64,000 bases of DNA from an uncultured Candidatus Peribacteria bacterium (GTDB lineage Bacteria; Patescibacteriota; Gracilibacteria; Peribacterales; Peribacteraceae): positions 25,287 through 89,286 of the forward strand of contig CAZWES010000001.1 of assembly GCA_964632395.1 (NCBI GenBank), read 5' to 3'. Position numbers and translations under genes: made by a program. Below are positions 52,429 through 60,285 of the stretch, in pieces. The number at the start of each line of letters is the position of its first letter. Position 1 is the stretch's first letter. The notes under the pieces are model-generated. The model saw only the letters and a list, made by a program, of their open reading frames with translations. It was not told where the DNA came from and did not search any database.

Positions 52429-52530
52429 GTATTAATACGTTAAAACAAGCGCGCCTGCGTACAAAATACAAAAAGCCCCGATTCCGTGGTCTGCTATCCG
52501 AGGTGGAAAGCAGAGAGGTGGAATCGGGGC
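52429..52530. repeat. F-element, right copy, extended into a terminator hairpin
   Basis: GTATTAATACGTTAAAACAAGCGCGCCTGCGTACAAAATACAAAAAGCCCCGATTCCGTGGTCTGCTATCCGAGGTGGAAAGCAGAGAGGTGGAATCGGGGC. Confidence 0.85.
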
Positions 52531-52533
52531 GGG
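52470..52533 (-). terminator. Rho-independent terminator of the his operon (inside the right F-element)
   Basis: Minus strand: GCCCCGATTCC - 34-nt structured loop - GGAATCGGGGC followed by TTTTTGTATTTTG. It lies 15 nt after the hisIE stop. Confidence 0.6.
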
Positions 52534-52547
52534 TGTGATGAGCATAC

Positions 52548-53153
52548 TCAGCGTTTTCTGCTCTTCAATTCTTCTGCTACTTCAAAAAGATCAATTTGGG
52601 AACTCTGTAGAAAAACCAGTGCGTGATACAGTAAATCAGCAGCTTCTTCCCTAGTTCTCAGGTTCCCCTCGCTTTTAGTGGCACAAATAAGTTCTTTTGC
52701 CTCCTCAATTACCTTTGCTCCGCACACTTCGATCCCGCCATCAAGCAGTCGTTTTGTGTACGAACTCTTTTGATCTGCATTTCTGCGCTGCCGGATTGTT
52801 TCAATTAGTTCCCCGATTGTTTCGAGTGGGAGTTCAGGAGCGTCAAAGCATGAAATATTGTTTTTGTGACAAGTTGGACCCTTTGGGATTGCCCGAATAA
52901 GGAGAGTATCGCCATCGCAGTCTAAGTAAATGGAATCGAACCTTAGAGTGTTTCCCGATTTCTCCCCCTTCTCCCACAGTCTTTTCTTCGATCTGCTGTA
53001 AAAGGTCACATTACTCGAATCAATGGTCTTTTTCAGTGCTTCCTCGTTCATATAGCCGAGCATAAGGATGTGACCTGTTCTAGCATCCTGAATGATTGCA
53101 GGAACGAGCCCATCAGGGTTTTTTTGCCAGTTAATGGCATCAAGATCAATCAT
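52548..53153 (-). CDS. hisI: Bifunctional phosphoribosyl-AMP cyclohydrolase / phosphoribosyl-ATP pyrophosphatase
   Basis: GLVPAIIQDARTGHILMLGYMNEEAL...YLDCDGDTLLIRA is the HisI part. The C-terminal EEAKELI...EEAADLLYHALVFL is HisE. Confidence 0.85.
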   Translation of the reverse strand: MIDLDAINWQKNPDGLVPAIIQDARTGHILMLGYMNEEALKKTIDSSNVTFYSRSKKRLWEKGEKSGNTLRFDSIYLDCDGDTLLIRAIPKGPTCHKNNISCFDAPELPLETIGELIETIRQRRNADQKSSYTKRLLDGGIEVCGAKVIEEAKELICATKSEGNLRTREEAADLLYHALVFLQSSQIDLFEVAEELKSRKR

Positions 53154-54631
53154 AATCTGACGGGGAAAGAGGCTTTTTGTAGCGCTTCCTTCACGTCCCG
53201 GATGCGAAATGTTTCAAAGTGAAACACGCTCGCAGCAAGTACAGCATCAGCTTTCCCCTCCTGAACTGCATTGACAAATGTTTGTAGAGACCCTGCTCCA
53301 CCGGAGGCAATGATTGGAACACGAACGTGCTTTTTAATCTCTCGCAGAAGCTCCGTGTCGAATCCTTCACCGGTTCCATCACGATCATAAGATGTTACAA
53401 GCAATTCTCCTGCTCCTCGTTCAACAGCTTCCTGTGCCCATTCAATTGCATCAAGCCCCGTATCTTCACGACCTCCTCGAACAAGCACAGTCCAGTTTTT
53501 TCCTTTGCGTTTCGCATCAATTGCGCAAACCGTATTTGCACTTCCAAGCTGTTCCGCCATTTTCGAAAGAAGTTCTGGTCTTTTCACGGCGGCAGAGTTT
53601 ACAGAAACTTTATCTGCCCCTGCTTCGAGTAGTCGTCTGGCGTCGTCAACGGAGCGAATGCCTCCACCAATTGTAAGTGGTATATTCACGCTGTCTGCAA
53701 CACTGGATGCAAGATCATATACGGCTTCCCGATTATCAAGTGTTGCGGTGATATCGAGAAATACCAGTTCGTCTGCACCTTCATCGCAGTATCGTTTGGC
53801 AAGCTCCACGGGATCACCGGCATCGCGTAGATTCTGAAACGATGCGCCTTTCACAACACGGCCATTCGTCACATCCAAACAAGGAATAATGCGAATAGCA
53901 GGATCAGAGCTTGCGGAGATGAAAAGTTCTGAGAGTGATGTTGCATCATTCAGTAGCGACTTACCGACGACAGCCGCAGCGCAGCCTTGTGATCGAAGTG
54001 TACGGATATCACTTCCACCTCGTATTCCGCCACTCGCAATAACTCTGACTGATGGAAACTTTGACTGCACATTCTTGTACAAGCGGAGACTTGGACCTGA
54101 TTCCATTCCGTCATACTCGATATCTGTGATGAGCACAGTGTCAATGTCCATTTGTACGATACGCCGCAAGGCATCATTGAGACTCACATTTGTTCCATCA
54201 CGCCAACCCCGAATTTTCACTTCATCTCCCCATACATCGAGTGCAGCAATGAAGCGATTTCTACCAAAAAGCGTAACGGCATTTCGCAACACATCAGGGC
54301 TCGTGAAGATGAGCGTTCCGATAACAATTTGTTCTGCGCCCGCATCGAGAAGCATCTGAATATCTTTGAGAGAGCGAATGCCACCACCCGTCTGAACCGA
54401 TAATCCTGTCTCTGCGACAATGTTTTGTATAAGCTGCAAAAAGGCAGAACCAACCTTCCCTTTTTTCGCTCCTGAAAGATTCACAAGGTGAATTCGTTCT
54501 GCACCTTCCTCTTTGTATCGCTTGGCAATCGTGAGTGGATCATCTTTCCACGTTGTTTTGCGCGTGAAGTCACCCTGTGCAAGTCGCACAGTTTTTCCAG
54601 CCAGCACGTCAATGGCGGGGATTACTTGCAT
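53150..54631 (-). CDS. hisAF: Fused HisA-HisF protein (ProFAR isomerase plus IGP synthase cyclase subunit)
   Basis: N-terminal half: MQVIPAIDVLAGKTVRLAQGDF...VQTGGGIRS...ASGGIRG (HisA). C-terminal half: RIIPCLDVTNGRVVKG...IGGGIRS...IASGGAG (HisF). It is one uninterrupted 493-aa ORF. Confidence 0.85.
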   Translation of the reverse strand: MQVIPAIDVLAGKTVRLAQGDFTRKTTWKDDPLTIAKRYKEEGAERIHLVNLSGAKKGKVGSAFLQLIQNIVAETGLSVQTGGGIRSLKDIQMLLDAGAEQIVIGTLIFTSPDVLRNAVTLFGRNRFIAALDVWGDEVKIRGWRDGTNVSLNDALRRIVQMDIDTVLITDIEYDGMESGPSLRLYKNVQSKFPSVRVIASGGIRGGSDIRTLRSQGCAAAVVGKSLLNDATSLSELFISASSDPAIRIIPCLDVTNGRVVKGASFQNLRDAGDPVELAKRYCDEGADELVFLDITATLDNREAVYDLASSVADSVNIPLTIGGGIRSVDDARRLLEAGADKVSVNSAAVKRPELLSKMAEQLGSANTVCAIDAKRKGKNWTVLVRGGREDTGLDAIEWAQEAVERGAGELLVTSYDRDGTGEGFDTELLREIKKHVRVPIIASGGAGSLQTFVNAVQEGKADAVLAASVFHFETFRIRDVKEALQKASFPVRL

Positions 54632-55179
54632 AATTTAGCGAAAGAAAGAAGATAACGGTCTCCAATCTCTCCCGATTTCTCCGGGTGCCACTGCACACCG
54701 AAGAAGTTTTCTTGTCGAACACCAGCGCATAACGATTCACCGTACTGCACAGTCATTGTGATGATATTCGGATCATCCGGTACACAGGTATAACCGTGTA
54801 CAAAATACGCATAGTCGCCCGTTGAGAGCTTGTTCCATCCCATGTGTGGCTTGGTTATGGTGTTTGGAAGTTCCTGTACTTCTCCTTTGATAATTCCCAG
54901 ACATTCGGTGGGACCCTCCTCCGATTTTTCAAAAAGAAGTTGCATACCGAGGCAGAGGCCAAGAAATGGTTTTTTGAACTTGCGGAGCGGCTCGACCAAT
55001 CCTCGATCTTGTAAACGATTCATTGCTGCTTTTGCTGCACCTGCTCCAGGCACGATCAGCCCTGAAAGCTCTTTAAGCTCTCCTGCCTTTTCAACAATTC
55101 GTGAAGAGATATCAAGGCGGGTGAGCGCACGTTGTACGCTTCCTACGTTGCCTGCGCTGTAACGGAGAATGCCTATCAT
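54622..55179 (-). CDS. hisH: IGP synthase glutamine amidotransferase subunit
   Basis: MIGILRYSAGNVGSV...PFLGLCLGMQLL...GVQWHPEKS is the triad pattern. The start is adjacent to the hisB stop. Confidence 0.85.
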   Translation of the reverse strand: MIGILRYSAGNVGSVQRALTRLDISSRIVEKAGELKELSGLIVPGAGAAKAAMNRLQDRGLVEPLRKFKKPFLGLCLGMQLLFEKSEEGPTECLGIIKGEVQELPNTITKPHMGWNKLSTGDYAYFVHGYTCVPDDPNIITMTVQYGESLCAGVRQENFFGVQWHPEKSGEIGDRYLLSFAKLCK

Positions 55180-56216
55180 AGTGAGCCTTTGGTAGAAGGA
55201 ATGCCCTGCTCGTGCGGGCATGAGCGAAAAGCAGATCGCAGAGCGCGACCTAACCCCTTAAAAAGAGCTTCAATTTTGTGGTGCTCGTTCTCACCTCTGC
55301 GCAGTGTCATGTGCAAATTACATTTAAGCGTCTGTGCAAGTGACTCGAAGAAGTGTGCTACGAGTTCTGTTGGAAGTTCCCCCACGTATTCACGCTTGAA
55401 TTTGCCATCGAAAATGAAGTAGGGACGGCCAGAGAGATCAACAACAATTTCTGCGAGTACTTCATCCATAGGCACCCAAAAGCCATATCGTTCAATCCTG
55501 CGTTTGTCACCCAGAGCTTTTGAAAGCACCAAGCCAAGCACAATACCAATATCTTCCACAGTGTGGTGTTCATCCACTTGCAGGTCTCCGTCTGCTTTTA
55601 GTGTGAGATCAATGAGAGAGTGCTTTGTAAAGAGTTCGATCATGTGATCGAGAAACCCAATGCCTGTGCTTACATCGGATTTTCCTGACCCATCGAGGTT
55701 CACAAATGATTCGATCTTCGTTTCTTTCGTTTCACGCTTCACAGAAGCGAACCGAGGAAACTGCGTATTTGTTTGCATCTTCACAAAGCACACACCTATG
55801 TTTTCTGCAAACTCACGATCAGTCTTACGATCTCCAATCGTCAGTGATTGTCCGAGATCAATATCATTCTCATCGAGGAATTGTTTCACCAAACCAATCT
55901 TTGGCTTCCGACATTCACAATTATTACTCTGCGTGTGCGGACAGATGAAAATTTGATCAAAAACGATTCCTTCCTCCAATAATTCTGAAAGGAGCCCGCC
56001 TTGTGGAGGCTCAAAGTCTTCCCGTGGGAAGCTCTCGGCACCTAAACCATCTTGATTACTGACCATCACAAGAGAAAACCCTTGTTCTTTGAGTGCCTGT
56101 AATCCTTCAATGACGTTGGGAAGAACACGAAATTTCTCCATAGAATCAACCTGTTTTGTCTCTGGCGGCTCCCAGATCAGAACGCCGTCACGGTCAATGA
56201 ATGCTACTTTTTTCAT
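55176..56216 (-). CDS. hisB: Bifunctional histidinol-phosphatase / imidazoleglycerol-phosphate dehydratase
   Basis: N-terminal HAD motif VAFIDRDGVLI and C-terminal IGPD motifs (IGFLDHM, HHTVEDIGI, ENEHHKIEA). Confidence 0.85.
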   Translation of the reverse strand: MKKVAFIDRDGVLIWEPPETKQVDSMEKFRVLPNVIEGLQALKEQGFSLVMVSNQDGLGAESFPREDFEPPQGGLLSELLEEGIVFDQIFICPHTQSNNCECRKPKIGLVKQFLDENDIDLGQSLTIGDRKTDREFAENIGVCFVKMQTNTQFPRFASVKRETKETKIESFVNLDGSGKSDVSTGIGFLDHMIELFTKHSLIDLTLKADGDLQVDEHHTVEDIGIVLGLVLSKALGDKRRIERYGFWVPMDEVLAEIVVDLSGRPYFIFDGKFKREYVGELPTELVAHFFESLAQTLKCNLHMTLRRGENEHHKIEALFKGLGRALRSAFRSCPHEQGIPSTKGSL

Positions 56217-57286
56217 GAAAGTAATGAGGAAAGAGAAGCAATAAGAAGATCGTTTTCTTTCTGTGTTCCGGTAGAAATGCGGAGGCAGTTTTCAAGTTGT
56301 GGCTTTGACCCGAAATTTCGCACAATGATTTTCTTCTCATTGCGCAATCTCTCGTACATATCATTGCTGCTTATTTTTTCGGGGAGGCGCATAAGAAAGA
56401 AATTTGCATCGCTCGGATATACAGTACATCCGAGCCCCATACAGGCTTCTTCCACACGTTTTCTTTTTTTGAGGAGTAGCCGTACATTTTTTTCCATTTG
56501 CTCTCTTTTTCCCCACAATACCACCCCCATTCTCTGAGTGAGCAGATTTACGTTGTACGGTGGCTTAGTTTTGAATAGCTGCTCTGTGACACGTGAGTCT
56601 GCAATGCCATAGCCAAGACGTATTCCCGCAGCGCCAAAAGCCTTGCTGAATGTACGCATAACGAGTAGGTTTTTCGCCCCATTCTTCACAAGCTCGATGG
56701 CAGATGGAATACCATTGGCATCTGCAAATTCTCCGTACGCTTCGTCTATTACGATGAGACCTTTAAATTCATTTACAATCTTATCGAGCATCTCTATGGG
56801 GATACTGTTGCCTGTAGGATTGTTGGGGCTACAGAGGAAGAGAATATCTGCCTCAGAAAATCTGGCGGAGAGTTGTTCTTCATTAATCCCGAATGAAGAT
56901 GTGAGCGGAATGCTCACGTATGGTGATCCACATATATCTGCGCAGACTCTATACATTCCATAGGTTGGAGCAACACTAAGAACGCTATTCTTTGGTCGTA
57001 CGAATGTGCGTATAGCAAGGTCAATCAATTCATCTGTTCCATTGGTCATAATGATTTGCTCTCTTCGAATGCCATAGAATGCTGCGATCTCATCACGAAG
57101 AACATCAGTCGTTGGATCAGAGTAGCGATTGATGCCTTTTATTGAAGGGGGAGGGATATCAATTGTGAATGGAGACTCATTTGCATCAAGGTATATCCAT
57201 CCTTCATCCTTGCAGATGTGGCGTGCACAAACGTAAGGTCGAATCGCCTGAGTGGAAGCCGGTATTGGTGGAGATTGAAATGTCAT
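56213..57286 (-). CDS. hisC: Histidinol-phosphate aminotransferase
   Basis: YLDANESPF...LRTFSKAFGAAGIRLGY carries the PLP lysine. Confidence 0.85.
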   Translation of the reverse strand: MTFQSPPIPASTQAIRPYVCARHICKDEGWIYLDANESPFTIDIPPPSIKGINRYSDPTTDVLRDEIAAFYGIRREQIIMTNGTDELIDLAIRTFVRPKNSVLSVAPTYGMYRVCADICGSPYVSIPLTSSFGINEEQLSARFSEADILFLCSPNNPTGNSIPIEMLDKIVNEFKGLIVIDEAYGEFADANGIPSAIELVKNGAKNLLVMRTFSKAFGAAGIRLGYGIADSRVTEQLFKTKPPYNVNLLTQRMGVVLWGKREQMEKNVRLLLKKRKRVEEACMGLGCTVYPSDANFFLMRLPEKISSNDMYERLRNEKKIIVRNFGSKPQLENCLRISTGTQKENDLLIASLSSLLS

Positions 57287-58575
57287 GGCTTGGCAAAGCG
57301 AATTTCCACTGCTCTTGCGTGGGCTTCGAGGCCCTCGGCGCGGGCAAGGATGGTAGCTGCGATTTTGAGATTGTTCAGTCCGATTTCATTGAGTTTCTGA
57401 ATGGAGAGCTGTTTCTGAAATATGCGCACAGAAACACCGCTCTGTGTCCGCGCTGTTCCAGATGTAGGCAGTACGTGGTTTGTTCCAGAACAGTAATCAC
57501 CTACAGTTTCAGGAGTGTATGGACCAACGAATACCGATCCGGCATTCTGGATGCTTTCTAAAACAGTGTCGGTGTTATTCGTCTGTAGACTCAGGTGTTC
57601 TGGCGCGTAGGAGTTACTCAGGTCAATTGCCTGCTCAAGCGTTTCCGTAATGATTATGCAACTTCGCTCAAGTGACTCAGAGGCAATGTCTTTTCGCGGC
57701 AGTGTGAGAAGCTGCTCTCGTAGTTCTTGCAGAACCGACTTTGCAATTGCTTCGGATGTTGTAAGCAGAACTACCTGTGCACCCATACCGTGTTCTGCTT
57801 GAGAGAGCATATCAGCAGCGATACAGCGAGGGTTTGCAGATGTATCTGCAATGATGAGTAGTTCCGAAGGACCAGCGAGCATCTCAATATCCGCGCCGCC
57901 CGGATCAATACTTACTAATGCTTTTGCGGCTGTCACATAGGCGTTTCCGGGTCCGGCAATCTTATCCACCTTCGGTATCGTTTCCGTACCGTACGCGAGT
58001 GCAGCTATTGCCTGCGCTCCACCAACTGAATAGATTTCATCCAGCCCCAGAAGGTTGGCAGCGGCGTAAATGACATTTGCATCCTTCTGTTCCTTCTGTG
58101 GTGGTGTGCAGAGGGCAATGCTCTTCACTCCTGCAAGCTGCGCCGGTACTGCCAACATGAGGAGCGTTGAGAAAAGCGGTGCCGTTCCCCCCGGTATGTA
58201 TAAGCCTACCCGTTCAATGGGACGAATGAGATATTTACAGGAAACACCGGCAGTCGTTTCAACCTCTTTCATTTCTGATTGGGACTGCCCATGAAACGTG
58301 CGTATATTTTCGATGGAAAATCGCATACTTTCTATTAGCTCCTCAGACACACGACTTGCCGATGCACGGATCACTTCCTCGGGCACACGAAGTTTTCCAG
58401 GTTCAAAATCGTCAAATTTCTTCGAGTACGTGCGGATTGCTTCATCTCCTTCTTTTTGCACTGCTTCAATGATTGGACGCACTGTATCAATGTATTGTGA
58501 AAGGTCGCGCGTAGGACGTTTCAGTGATTCCAATACAACTTCTATTCCCGTCGTTGATAGTGAAAGCATTTTCAT
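57283..58575 (-). CDS. hisD: Histidinol dehydrogenase
   Basis: ...AGPSELLIIAD...QAEHG...NHVLPTSGTAR. Start at MKMLSLS, 7 nt after the hisG stop. Confidence 0.9.
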   Translation of the reverse strand: MKMLSLSTTGIEVVLESLKRPTRDLSQYIDTVRPIIEAVQKEGDEAIRTYSKKFDDFEPGKLRVPEEVIRASASRVSEELIESMRFSIENIRTFHGQSQSEMKEVETTAGVSCKYLIRPIERVGLYIPGGTAPLFSTLLMLAVPAQLAGVKSIALCTPPQKEQKDANVIYAAANLLGLDEIYSVGGAQAIAALAYGTETIPKVDKIAGPGNAYVTAAKALVSIDPGGADIEMLAGPSELLIIADTSANPRCIAADMLSQAEHGMGAQVVLLTTSEAIAKSVLQELREQLLTLPRKDIASESLERSCIIITETLEQAIDLSNSYAPEHLSLQTNNTDTVLESIQNAGSVFVGPYTPETVGDYCSGTNHVLPTSGTARTQSGVSVRIFQKQLSIQKLNEIGLNNLKIAATILARAEGLEAHARAVEIRFAKP

Positions 58576-58582
58576 AATCACT

Positions 58583-59449
58583 TTATTGGATAAGTTTTTC
58601 AATTGGAGATACAAGAATGCCCGTTGCACCGCATTTCTTGAGCTTTTCGACTACATCCCAGAAATCCTCTTCAAGAACGACCGAGTGAACAGCGATCATT
58701 TCCGGCTTTGCAAGTTTCATCGTGGTGGGACTGTCAAAACCCGGCACAAGTTTCATAACCTTTTTTAGAGATTTTTCCGGCAGATTGAACATGATGTATT
58801 TATATTTTCGTGCATCCTGTATACCTCTTGCGCGTAAGAGCAATTTATCAATCAATTGTTTCTTCCTTTCCGGTGCACTTTTGCTGCCAATGAGTATAGC
58901 CTTACATTCCATCACATTCTCGATGATGCGCAGCCTGTTTGTACGGAGTGTACTGCCTGTGGAAACGAGATCGCAGATTGCATCTGCCACTTTCAAAGCA
59001 GGTGCGATCTCCACGCACCCCTTGAGAACAATCACATCTGCGTCAATCTTCTTTTGTTTGAGATATTTCCTGAGTAATTGAGGATATGATGTTGCAATCT
59101 TTCCTCCTTTGAGGTCAGATAAGACATCGTAGGATGAGGTCTCTGGTACTGCAATAGATAGCGAACAATAACCGAAATCAAGGGGTATAAGTCGTTCTGT
59201 CTTTGCGCCATTTTCTTCAAGCAGGTTGCTTCCAACGATTCCGAGGTCGGCAACTCCATCCTGCACGTATTCCGGTATGTCGTCATCCCGCAGGAATAAA
59301 ATATCAACATCAATGTTGCGACAACGCGTAAAGAGCCTGTTCTGATATGTTTCAAATTCAAGCCCCATTGATTTTAGGAGCGCAATTGACCCCTCGGACA
59401 GTCGTCCTGATTGTTGTACTGCTATGCGTAGGTTTCCATTTAATTGCAT
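58583..59449 (-). CDS. hisG: ATP phosphoribosyltransferase, long form
   Basis: LRIAVQQSGRLSEGS...DLVSTGSTLRTN..., plus a C-terminal regulatory domain. 288 aa. Confidence 0.85.
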   Translation of the reverse strand: MQLNGNLRIAVQQSGRLSEGSIALLKSMGLEFETYQNRLFTRCRNIDVDILFLRDDDIPEYVQDGVADLGIVGSNLLEENGAKTERLIPLDFGYCSLSIAVPETSSYDVLSDLKGGKIATSYPQLLRKYLKQKKIDADVIVLKGCVEIAPALKVADAICDLVSTGSTLRTNRLRIIENVMECKAILIGSKSAPERKKQLIDKLLLRARGIQDARKYKYIMFNLPEKSLKKVMKLVPGFDSPTTMKLAKPEMIAVHSVVLEEDFWDVVEKLKKCGATGILVSPIEKLIQ

Positions 59450-59468
59450 GGTAATTTGTGGGAAATAT

Positions 59469-59496
59469 AAAAAAACCTCCTCACCGCGAGGAGGGG
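59469..59496 (-). terminator. Terminator-like hairpin between the YerC-like gene and hisG
   Basis: Minus strand: CCTCCTC GCGGT GAGGAGG followed by TTTTTTT. It lies 16 nt after the yerC-like stop and 20 nt before the hisG ATG. Confidence 0.55.
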
Positions 59497-59511
59497 ATGA
59501 TGTGGCAATTG

Positions 59512-59865
59512 TTATTTTTTCGAACCACGCCGTCCTCTCCCCGCGGGAGTACTTGCGTGGTGGCGATGATCCTTACCCAGCGCTTTACGATATCCACCTT
59601 CCCCGTTATTCAAAAACCCAGCTATGCGAGTTATCGTGGCAGTGCTTGCTCCGGTTTTCCGTGCAACCTCGCGATAGGGGAGTCCGCTTAGAAGTAGTCC
59701 TGCAACTTCCAGTCTTTCGCTCAAGGCCTGCATTTCGCTCAATGTTGCAACATCCCGCAGGAAATTTGCTGTTTCCCTTATTGTGCGGCATCTGACAAAA
59801 GCTGCGCACAGCGCACGTAGTTCAGGACTTTTTCGCCAGGTGTTTTCGCGGAAGCTGCGTTTCAT
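59512..59865 (-). CDS. yerC: YerC/YecD-family TrpR-like DNA-binding protein
   Basis: ...LRDVATLSEMQALSERLEVAGLLLSGLPYREVARKTGASTATITRIAGFLNNGEGGY matches the TrpR-related YerC/YecD pattern. Confidence 0.75.
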   Translation of the reverse strand: MKRSFRENTWRKSPELRALCAAFVRCRTIRETANFLRDVATLSEMQALSERLEVAGLLLSGLPYREVARKTGASTATITRIAGFLNNGEGGYRKALGKDHRHHASTPAGRGRRGSKK

Positions 59866-59900
59866 GGGGGCAATATATAGTGGGCGGGGGTGTGTGTCAA
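59866..59900 (-). promoter_or_regulatory. Sigma-70-like promoter positioned for a leaderless yerC-his transcript
   Basis: Minus strand: TTGACA (59900-59895), 17-nt spacer, TATATT (59877-59872), 6 nt, ATG (59865). The -35 lies 1 nt from an 18-nt palindrome. Confidence 0.5.
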
Positions 59901-59901
59901 T

Positions 59902-59986
59902 GTTTTAATACGTTAAAACAAGAGGCAAGGAAAAGCAGCCTTAACGTGGAGTTTAGGCTTGTTTTGGTGTTTTAATACGCTAAAAC
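59902..59986. repeat. E-element copy 1 (two 18-nt palindromes flanking a conserved imperfect hairpin)
   Basis: GTTTTAATACGTTAAAAC AAGAGGCAAGGAAAAGCAGCCTTAACGTGGAGTTTAGGCTTGTTTTGGT GTTTTAATACGCTAAAAC. Confidence 0.9.
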
Positions 59987-60164
59987 CAAGCAGATTTAAT
60001 CAAGATTCACAGAACTTTCTCCATCCATACTGTTTCCAGTCCTCCAAGCTCCCCGCGTTTATATTCGCGATAGCCCCTGATGATTATTGATGACTCTGTA
60101 GCTCAAGGATAATATTTCTTATATTTCTTGCAATGATTTTCTTAGAGGAATGTGGGGTAAGAAT

Positions 60165-60250
60165 GTTTTAATACGTTAAAACTAGGGGCGAGGAAAAGCA
60201 TCTGTAAAGTGGGATTTTGAGCTTGTTTTCGTGTTTTAATACGCTAAAAC
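60165..60250. repeat. E-element copy 2
   Basis: GTTTTAATACGTTAAAAC TAGGGGCGAGGAAAAGCATCTGTAAAGTGGGATTTTGAGCTTGTTTTCGT GTTTTAATACGCTAAAAC. Confidence 0.9.
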
Positions 60251-60285
60251 TACACAGCTGTGCAAAACTTCAGAGTAGAAGCCTC

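Noticed and set aside
59450-59511. His leader peptide or T-box attenuator upstream of hisG.
   Set aside because: The gap is only 62 nt. It has no run of His codons and no specifier/T-box sequence, only a simple terminator hairpin.
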